A DNA stretch of 64,000 nucleotides from Nageia nagi (Eukaryota; Plantae; Pinophyta). Below the pieces are notes generated by a model. The model was given only the letters and a program-made list of their open reading frames with translations. It had not been told where the DNA came from and did not search any database. A program made the position numbers and the translations under genes. Where the stretch lies: the NCBI GenBank assembly GCA_050084985.1, contig JBITNC010000001.1:168454001-168518000 (forward strand), given 5' to 3'. This document shows, piece after piece, positions 54,701 through 64,000 of the stretch (the first letter of the stretch is position 1; every line of letters begins with the position of its first letter).

Positions 54701-54840
54701 TTGATTGCTGAAGTTGGATGTTGTGTTGCTTAGAATAGGTCAAAGACTTCGTAGATGTTACACAGATTGGAGCTTAATGCGAAATTCCTAGATGAGGACT
54801 TCGAGGATCTAGTTGCAGCCTTGGGCCCACCCTCGTCATA
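51788..54840 (+). pseudogene. Decayed retrotransposon accessory ORF, homologous to 31980-36650
   Basis: Colinear ORF pieces 51788-52015, 52109-52312, 52513-52698, 52785-53363 and 53463-53975, then a coiled-coil tail. Motifs MDFSLEAIKRAF, WSKVLSD, LNSYLVYLLLHGK, WKCYPK, YIQVYGS. Confidence 0.8.
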
Positions 54841-55951
54841 GTTGCTATTTTCATTTTATTTTTATTTTCAAGAAAATTGCATTATTTTTGGCAAAATACT
54901 TTATAATAATATTATTTTATTACCAAACTTGTGACGGATGAGGTTTTGCTCCCACAAGTTTGGAAGGGATCTTGTAATGCTTATTATTGGACCATCTTTG
55001 TTTTTATTGTAATTCATAATTAGGGTTAGGGCAACGCTCTTGGTTGCTCGAAAAACTATTTTTACCCCATTTAGGTTCATTTGTAAGGGGGAACAATTTG
55101 AAAGAACTTTGCTTACATCTCAAAATTCTCTAAAATTTGTTAATGTGGTGTATGTGTATGTGATTATTCTTATATGCTCTCACGTTGTAATGACAAATTT
55201 GAATGAATGAATGACAATGTTTTCTAGTTTATTCTATAGCTGCTTTGTGTATGTCACTTGGTGCATCTTGTAAACTCCACGTGGGGTGGACAAGAGAATG
55301 CTTGTATATCTTATGAAGTGGTTGATTGGCATATTGTTTTTGATATTTTTTCATTTGCAATCCTAGGATTGGATACTTTGAAATATCTTGTTGATGTCGC
55401 TCACAGTAGGAACTTCACCTAAATCATCAAAGGTTACCTCCATTCCATCCTATACCATCCTTGCCACAGCTTCACGCTCCTTCCACTAGACCATTCTTGT
55501 TGTTGGCTAGTGGAATGGATTGAGGGTGCGTGGAACCTACGTTGAGACCTAGCAAGTTGACTTCTGAAGACTCTATTCCAAGCCTGTGAGTATGCATGCC
55601 TATAACTCCATCCTAGTACCCACACTCTTTCCATCAATTTTTCATTTTTATTTTACACCTTTTTTGGGCGGCTTTCGCTCCATTTGTTTCCTTTAGCATT
55701 TTCCTGGAACAACATAGTTGAAGCACAAGTGCAAACTTAGAGTCCCTTAAATCCACACGTGATATTCATGTTGGTGGCAGCTTCAAACATCTTAGCCAAT
55801 CTCTGAGTTATCTTCGCCAAGACGTGGAGCTAACCTTTGGAGTGATCAGTCCTTATAGCAGGAAGAAGTAACATCCTTTCACCTAAGGTGTTGGAGTTTT
55901 TCTCACTACTCTAAGGTAGGAAAGAAAAACCACCCAACAGAATCCACCACA

Positions 55952-56770
55952 ATGATTGTGTCTTCATCCATTGGAGATAGCAAGATCTTTGATAACGGGT
56001 ATTGGGAATTATGTTTTTTTCCTAATAGTAGTCCTTTAATGCATAATGTTGGCATTTTTAATGAAGTTTGTGAGAATAGAAGATTTGGAGATCCTAAATT
56101 TGATGAAGAAATTAGTGTTGATGAGGATGCACCTTTGATGAAATCAGAATTGGAAAACATCAAGAGGATGTTAGAAAGAGGTTTTTCCAATAAAATTGGC
56201 ATTGTTGGAGATTTAGAAGATGAAATAAATTCATTTTGTGCATCTACTATTGTAGAGGTGAACGATGATGATGAGATCATAAAGTGCCCTAATTAAGACA
56301 TTGATAAAACAAAAGTTGATGAGAAGATGCAACCATGGAATGATTTTTGGAATGAGCAAAAATTTGTCCTAACTTGTACACAAAATTGGAGAGTATAATG
56401 TTGCTGATTTTGATCGTGTAGATGAAAACAAACCAGAATTACTGTTACATGGAGCTAATCTAGGGCCTAGTAATGAAGATTTTGAAAGAGAGACACTTGA
56501 GTCTCGGGACAGCCATGGAGACAATGCTAACAGGTATGAACTAAATTCTGATTTTGATATGAAGTATAACAACAATTCATTAATTCGGCATAATCTTGAC
56601 ATTCATGTGGATGTTTGGAAGAGAAACTTGTTAGTAACTGTTGAGTTAGATAATAGACCTCCAGATTTTGGAAACACTTGTGAGATATGGGACCTTGGTG
56701 ATGTCATGTCAATGACCAATGCATTGCAGTAGAGTATTGGTTCTTTAAAACCAAATCAGTTGACTGATTT
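55952..56770 (+). pseudogene. Acidic ORF remnant, probable downstream part of the PDS5-bearing element's reading frame
   Basis: A D/E-rich 114-aa ORF continues past stops toward the 3' LTR. It has the same strand and composition as the acidic tail at 48567-48673. Confidence 0.45.
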
Positions 56771-57792
56771 GTAGTCAACAATTAAGGAAGAAATTTTGTT
56801 GTGTAATGAACATGGACATATTAGTAGGTTTTTTTAATAATTAGGAGTGTTTTTTATACTTTGTCATTGTCACATGCATTTGACATATTTTTGGTGTTGT
56901 CACATGCCCTTTGATGTAATGATTTGTGATTTGTACTCCTAAGATCTCTAAATGATGTAAGAACTTCATTTTTGGATAGATCTTGTCGAGTACATACGAA
57001 ACAAGTGGTCACATGACCCCCTTTGGATTTGAATTGAGCTATGGGGTGGGTCAGCCATGATGATGTTTTTATCCCCAAGGAAGTTGGCCATATCATGATG
57101 CTGCGCATTTTCATGTATAAAAAAGAAGAGGATCTCACTATTTGAGGACATGCTTGGAGAACTTCGATCTTCGATCTTTTGAGTTAGGGTGGTGCATTTT
57201 CTGATAATGCCTCTTGGGGATGAATGATGGGAAAATATTGCCTTCAATGTAGACTATAATACTATTCTCAGCCAAATATCTCTAGGTAACATTTTCTCTA
57301 AATCCAAATGCAGCTTGAGCAAACTATGATAATGAGATAAAAGTCTTATGTTTCCTTCATGAATAGTTTGGGGTTCATGAAATCATGAGTTTATAGTTTC
57401 TAGTTCCCAAAGGTGGCTAGGAGAAAAGGGATGCCTAGAAATGTAACATTGGAGGAGAGCATGTATAAGAGGTTTCATCTAGAACATATGCATTACAAAT
57501 GTGGCAATGTTTCAAGCAGATTATTTCCATGTATGCATAGATTTTCAGCATTTAGTAGAGCATGGCGGTTTTGTCTTTTTCTTCTCATGCTTTTTATATA
57601 AGACTGGATTTCTTACCCTTAAGTATGACCTACATCCTCAAATTTAGAGGATAAACTATGAACAATTTTATTGAACACATTGTGAATTTATATGGAAGAT
57701 ATCTATGGGTTAACTACAGAGGTTGCTGTTATTATATCAATTATTCCCACATTAGATTAGAGCACATGTCATGCTTTGAATTATATAGAAAC

Positions 57793-60320
57793 TGTAATAT
57801 TCCAATCTATGGCAAGCAAGATTTATAGCAAAATAGTAAAATCCAATTTATCCTTATTACTTCAGACTTAAGAAAGTTTCCAAAATTACCAAATGATGCC
57901 TTAGCTTATGCAAAATATGAAATTAACTCAAATAAATGCCAATTTATTTATAAAAATAGGATGAACCTTGCAATTGCTTAAAATATTGAAATTAGGGAAA
58001 ATTAAATAATGTGTCCAACTCATGCACAAATATTCCAAAATTTAGGCAAATTAATGAGACACAAAAAATATGAGATAAATACCAATTGCCTCAAAATACT
58101 AAGATGAAGCAAGATTGAATCTTCAATGAGCACAAAATTACTCCAAAGGGGTGATGTCTCACCAAGGAGCTAAGAACACCACAATGAAGCTTCCTAAATA
58201 ACACCAAATTGTCTCCTCAAGCCTAATATCTCACTCCTAGGGCAAAGATGGGATTCCAAGATCATTTCTCCAACTTCAAAGCTGAACGAACTAGGTAGAT
58301 CTTCACTTGAACTGCACATGAAGCTCCAGGGCTTTCGATGTAGATCCGGGGCTAATTTTATGATATAGAAGGCATTTGTAATGATCCAAAAGGGATCTTA
58401 ACTCAAAAATCAGTAATGATGATCGAAACCAGAGAACTAGGGTTACCAACACTCAGCTATGCATCCACAATACCAACGTTGGCCTCCTAAGGCCCTAAAC
58501 ACACCCCCAAGGTTGATGTCATCCCTCTAAGGGTTCCAATGCCACTACACACCCAATGAATGCTCACAATGATGAATATGTAATTCTATAACACCAACGA
58601 ATGCTACCATATGGAAAACCAACATAAACAAATGCTCCTAACACTATCACATGGACAATTGAGATACAATGATGCTCAACGACGTCATCTACATGGAACA
58701 AACAATACAACACATGAGATCCAATGCCCAATGGCCTGTATTAAGATATAATATGAACAATGATACAAACCCTAGCTCCAAGAGCTGGTTGTTGGCCTCC
58801 AAGGAGCCAACTAGGGCACAATATAATGATATCACAATATTGGAACAGCTGTAGAACCACGGGATAGATACACTCCCTCAGACTCCGAATCCTCTCCATT
58901 GAAGGAGCTCTCCTAGAACCCTGGTGAACCATTGAACGTAGAAGTGAATCCTTGAAATTCCATCGGATGGGCTAGGTGCTCCACCTAAGCCGTAGGCGAT
59001 CAAGATCCCACTACCCAATTGCCCTCTAGACGCTCTGTCTAGGAATGGTATGCTTAGCGCCGCTAAGACTTGTGCTCAAAGGTCTGTAGTAGAAGTGTAT
59101 AATAATCAATAGCTGTCCAATACTGAAGCTCCAATGTCTATTTATACCTTGCTCGTGTTCGAAGCTCACCTAGAAGTCATCACAGGCTCATCTAATCCAA
59201 TGTTGGGTATTTGGGGGGTCCAATTCACTTAAGTGCCAACGTGGGGTCATAATCATCTGATATGCCAACGTGGGGTCCCCAACACCTAGAATGCCAACGT
59301 GGGGGCCCTAGAGCTCTAATAAGCCAGCATGGAGGTATGGGGCCCTTCCCAGTGTGGTGCTAGCATGCTGGTAGCCATCCAACTCACAAGTGCATAAACA
59401 TACCTTAGGATTCCCACAATCCAGGATCTCCAATACAAAACATATTTAATCCACTACTCAAGAGGGAGACATCCCACATGGGGCTCACAGTGGGGTCCAC
59501 ATGACCCATTAAACTCCTATCCCGAGTTACACAATGTAAATGCAAATAACATAAATAGTTATAGTATAAGATGACCCAATGGGTCTCATCAAAAATACAA
59601 AAGGGATGTTACAGCATTAGGGCCTAATTCCACCTTGAAGGGTTATGTCCACAAGATGGTGACTCTCTTGAAGCTCTTTTTCCTCAAGAGGGAAGAGGAA
59701 CAACTAATCCAGTTGTGCGCTTCGAAAAGGGGGTTTGTTTGATAAAAGATAGATGATCCCAAATGTTGTGCCCTTCTCCCTTTTATAGCGAGCTTAGAGC
59801 AATTACAAATCTTCTTTGGTTAGCCGACCCAACCTAGTAACGTAACATAAAATTACTCCTAGAAATTACATTATTATAATGTAACCAACCAAGACATCCT
59901 AAATCTAATAAATCATTCCTACATATCCCTAGAAGAGGGTGTTCTATCTTGGAGTGCTCAATTACCCATTTTCCCACCCAATTTGGAAAATCCATCATCA
60001 TTGGAATTAAATACATTAAAATACTCAAAAGCAACAATAATTCCTTCTAGAGGAAGGACGTCCCACTTTAAGTGGCGAAATTACAAAATTACAACAAATT
60101 AAATTAGTAGGACCCATGCTTGCATATCTTCCTCGTTTCTTGATGAAACCATGTCATGTGACCTATCAAAATGTTTGGCATGAAATGCTCTATCTAATTC
60201 AAGTGGCGAATCGACAATCCAAGGCTTGTGATGAGGTTTATTACAAAATATCTTCCTAGGAAATGTGCATCCCATTCAAGAGAACTCAAAAATGGAATGC
60301 CTAATTTTTGGAATATTACA
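57793..60320 (-). mobile_element. 3' LTR of a minus-strand gypsy-type element, with PPT at ~60321-60335
   Basis: Inverted ends tgtaatattcc...ggaatattaca. The minus strand reads gaggacaagtaatttttggaggggtggaat-TGT, a typical gypsy 3' end. Confidence 0.8.
58377..59613 (-). mobile_element. Solo LTR (1237 bp) nested in another LTR
   Basis: tgtaatgatcc...gggatgttaca with a perfect TSD GCATT (58372-58376 and 59614-59618). Confidence 0.92.
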
Positions 60321-60403
60321 ATTCCACCCCTCCAAAAATTACTTGTCCTCATGCACTGACAACACAATCTCGATATCACCAAGTGGAAACCAATTGAGAC
60401 GTA

Positions 60404-63400
60404 CTAGTTTGGCTTCAAAGAAAATCCACCATGCTTTTGTTGTGCTACTCTAACTGAATATCCATTGTTACAAGATGGTGCTTTCTTCTCCTTAGTATCC
60501 CTGATGTCAAGAGTAAACAAGGATCTAAAGGATCTCTTCATGCTAAGGTAAGATTCAAAACCTTTAGGCCAACCAAGGTTGCCAAAGGACAACATTGCAA
60601 AAAGGGAGAATGAACACTGCCTCAAAAACACTCTCCAAAACTTCTCCCCTATTTCCTCAAGGTTACCAAAACACCTTTCCTTGCCCATACTGAACTGAAG
60701 TAGCACTGTTTGTTGGTTAATCAGGTCTGATCTGTTGCATAGCAGGTCCAATTTAGCAAAACTCCCATATGTATCTAAACTCAAACCCTCTTCACCCCTT
60801 ATGGCTATGCAATATAGGAACTTTTCCATGCCATAAATGAAATCTACTGTGACATCCCCCTTTTGAAATGTAATGGGACACACAGGGTCACTTGTAAAAT
60901 AGGAGTGTAGAAGTACTTTCATATTCATTTGTTGTAAACTCAGGATAGGATTTATGGGCCGTGTGGGCCCCATTGTGAGCCCCAAAGTGGGACGTTCCCT
61001 CCCGAGTGATAGATTAGGCCTTTTTACTTGTACAGAGATCCCGAATTGTGGGAGTCCCGATATCATGATAGCACTAATGACTTGGATGGACTCCAGCAGG
61101 CTAACGTTATGTTGGGAGGATCCCACACCCCCACGTTGGCAATTGAGCTCATCATGACCCCCACGTTAGTACACTTGGTCATTTTGGACCCCATGTCAGC
61201 CTTAAAGGGGCTTTATGATCTCAACGTTGGCATCTTGGGCCTTTATGACCCCATGTTGGCATCTGTGACCAAGCTGAACCCAACGTTGGAACATAAGGTG
61301 GATTATGGTGATTTTAAGGAGCTTCGAACAAAGGAAGATTATAAAAGGCATTGAGGGCCTCATTTGCAAGGAACTTGATTATTATTATTATTTTATATCT
61401 CTTCTTGAACGGACTGGTGGTCAGGAGTCTTAGTGGGCTTAAGCATTCATCCTAGGCGGGTGTTGTCTAGAGGGTAGGCAGGTAGTGGGACCCTGACTAT
61501 CTAGGCTGGGTAGGTTATCCAGCACATCGGGTGGTATCCGAGGGCATGCATCTACCTTCAGTGGTTCACCAGGCTTCGAGGAGGGCCCCTTCGGTGGGGA
61601 GGAGTCGGAGATCTGAGGGTGCGGGTCTAATCCCGTGGTTCGTGGTTGCAGTCAGGAATTCTACGCATGTGGCACATTTGTTGGCTCCATTGAGGCCAAC
61701 GCTCAGCTCTGGGAGCTCTGGATTGTACACTGTAATATCATATTTGTAATACAATTCCAATTGTGCTGGATCTCAATCATTTCTGTGTATTGTCTATCTG
61801 GATTTTGCTTATTTATGTTGGTTTTCTAGTTATATGTTGTAATTAATGCAAAATGTGTAAATAAATAGCAAATTGTGCTAAACGTAGGGTTTGTAGGTGA
61901 GTAGGAAGCCCTTGAGGGCTGACATCAGCCTGCCAGAGGGTTTGAATGCTTCAAGGGGCCAACGTAGGGCTAGGATGTATGCCGTTGGAGGTTTTGTGTC
62001 CCCTAAATTGCTGCTAATCCCTGTATTTGTTTAGAAGTGCCTGGTAGGGGACGTTACATCTACCTTCTTTCTACCAAATGTAAAATCTATTAACCCCTGT
62101 GTGCGCAATTCAGATGTTGTTCTTAACACCCCAATGTATGTCATCCAACTCCACTTATGCTGAATTTTGGAATGATCAATGAATTTTGCAACATAAGAAC
62201 AAGTCATAACTTCCTTTATAGTCCCAAACCAAATGAAAAACACAGCCACTGTGATCATTTCTATGGAAGCCCCAAACGTCATCTTCAATTGTACACTAGT
62301 CCCAAGCATCATATCACGCACAGCTAAAACAATCTTTATCCCAAATGATCCTACGACTGCAGCAGCTCCAAGTGTGAGCAGAAATGTGACTTTGTTTGTC
62401 TTAATTTCAGCCCTATGCATCATCCACATAACTGCCTTTCTACACAACATCACGGTTGCAACTATTTTTGAAATCGCTGCAAGGAATGCTTCTTTAGACG
62501 CAGCCCCATGCAATGTAAATGCAGCAGTGGGCAACATTGAAGGTGCTGCCCATGATGTAACAGATGCAGCTCGCAACCTCCTTATTGCAGTCCCATCTGT
62601 CTTTGCAAGTGCTACTCAAATTGCTTCTTCAAAAACCAAGCGGAATTCAGCTTCAAAGCCCCTTTTAAACATTACCAAAAGTGCAGATTCAAAACTCCCA
62701 TGCCTCAGCAACACTGCTGTCCCGAACATCTTTATAATTGCAGCAGTAGCAACTTTTGGTGCAGTCCACAAAATGGCCAAGAGTTCAGCCCAAACTACAG
62801 TTACTACTGTCTCCTTAAATGCTTCCCTAAATTTAGCCTCATCTATTATGGAAAGTGCCATCCAAAATGTGGTCAACGGTGTCATCATTCCAATTCCAAC
62901 TGCCCTTACAAATTTTGCCTCAGGAATCACCAACGAAGCAGCCCCACAAATTATGAAAGATGCAATCCAAGGCTTCCCAAACAATGTGGTAAGTTTAAAC
63001 GCAGCAGTCACAAACATGTCTCCAAGGAATATGAAGTGTGCAGTCTCATTCCCTATCAATAATGTGGTTAGAAACTCAGTCTGTGCTATCATCAAGATCA
63101 CAGCTCTGATGGTAGTGTTCCTATGGCTGTTCCATCCCTTGAAATGGCACCAAAGTGACTTCAAGAAGTGGATGTCCCCTTCCAAACTCCTCAAAGACTT
63201 CACAAACCTGGGGTGCCCCTTATGGAAGCTCAATATTGACATTTGGAAACTTTCAAATGTCCCTCCAAAGTCTGCTGTCCTATTTTTAAAACAGTCCCAA
63301 TCCATCCTCAAGGAAGTGCACCCAGCCCATGTACAGTCCCTTTTAACGCAATCCCAATCTGTCTTAGCAAAACTGACTTGGGTTTCACAAAACTGTTCCT

Positions 63401-63467
63401 CTTTTTGTGCTAAGTCAGACCTGTCATAAGTGTGAACAGCCGTTTTCTCATGCATAAAATCAGACAC
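60404..63467 (-). pseudogene. Reconstructed ~615-codon hydrophobic ORF upstream of the PPT (env position), with one internal stop and a solo-LTR insertion
   Basis: ORFs 63467-62616 and 62576-62059 share a frame, separated by a single TGA. Removing 60848-62058 plus one TSD joins GRKKVD|FIYGMEK in frame with 60842-60404. Confidence 0.6.
60848..62058 (+). mobile_element. Solo LTR (1211 bp)
   Basis: tgtgacatcccc...ggggacgttaca with a perfect TSD TCTAC (60843-60847 and 62059-62063). Confidence 0.93.
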
Positions 63468-63606
63468 TTCCTTACTTTTCCCAATATCATGTGTGTCAAA
63501 ATTTGAGTGTAGGAGTTGGTAATCTCAATAACCCTAGTATGTGATATGTGTTTGGTCAGTAATGGCCTTAGAGGTATTGAAGGCGACAACATTGGTTTTA
63601 TTGAGA

Positions 63607-64000
63607 TTAACCACTAATTCTTGTTTGGCGTTGAACAAGTCTAGGATATCTATCAAGTGTTATAGGCTCTCTTGTTGTGTGTGAGAGTAGGATAATGTTG
63701 TTAGCAAAGAGGAGGATGGGGACTTGACTACTATGGAGGAGGCACCCCACCTTGAAGCCTCTTGCCTCTAATATAAATAACTCCAACTCATTAATAGAGA
63801 AACCAAAGTGAGTAGGGGAGAGCAAGCAACCCTACTTCACCCCAATGGTGTTGTAGATGCTGTAAGAAAGACCCTCAACAAAACACACTTAGCCCAATAT
63901 TGACTCGTAAAGAGTCAAAATGATTGTATGGCCCATCTCAAGGATCCCTAATTATCTAAGTCTATCCATGAGTCGAGGTTGGGGGATTGTGTCAAAGACA
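63607..64000 (-). mobile_element. RT fragment of a second RTE/RTEX-like LINE, runs off the window
   Basis: FDTIP...LYESILG...NTIGVK*GCLLSPTHFGFSINELE...GCLLHSSQVPILLFANNIILLSH. Same motifs as 29100-30800. Confidence 0.85.

Larger units (their letters stand above)
48674..55951 (+). mobile_element. Nested gypsy-type module (TG...CA, palindrome array, accessory ORF)
   Basis: Starts tgtgacttatac and ends near ...caacagaatccaccaca. It interrupts the PDS5-bearing element. No TSD was confirmed, so the boundaries are approximate. Confidence 0.6.
46743..57200 (+). mobile_element. LTR element carrying a PDS5 fragment: 5' LTR 46743-47767, PBS 47769-47780, partial 3' LTR ~56830-57200
   Basis: The LTR ends gaggacattaca, followed by a-tggtatcaaagc. 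46835-47200 is repeated at 56830-57200. The interior is interrupted by a nested ~7.3 kb module. Confidence 0.85.

Noticed and set aside
55906-56280. Ser-rich minus-strand ORFs (also 33514-33744 and 53042-53302)
   Set aside because: Antisense shadows of acidic D/E-rich frames on the opposite strand.
62233-63429. 398-aa plus-strand ORF as a host gene
   Set aside because: No recognisable family, it lies inside an LTR element interior, and it has stops immediately upstream. It overlaps a longer minus-strand frame in the register that commonly gives shadow ORFs. Kept only as an alternative.

Overview
This is AT-rich, CpG-depleted eukaryotic DNA made almost entirely of nested, decayed transposons. 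The TTTAGGG-type repeats, PLS-class PPR fragments, tRNA-Met primer sites and ~1.2 kb solo LTRs point to a large-genome land plant, probably a conifer (inference). From left to right: a hAT-like transposase relic with a palindromic subterminal array; a degenerate Ty1/copia element; L1 fragments; a CACTA right end with a telomere-like array; scrambled PPR fragments; a more unique CpG-retaining island that may hold host exons; an RTE/RTEX-like LINE; and a ~33 kb stack of nested Ty3/gypsy-type LTR elements with several TSD-flanked solo LTRs. No intact host gene, rRNA, tRNA or CRISPR array is supported. The most notable signal is that three separate LTR elements, none with recognisable gag/pol in the window, carry non-retroviral cargo. 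(1) An intronless copy of the N-terminal HEAT region of the cohesin regulator PDS5 sits directly behind the PBS, where gag should be (47880-48566). (2) A ~615-codon hydrophobic ORF in the env position rejoins in frame once a solo LTR is removed (63467-60404). (3) An intact 196-aa ORF lies in a complete 6.7 kb element (41205-40615). Boundaries with a quoted TSD are base-level reads; the rest are approximate. All homology calls are by eye, with no database search.
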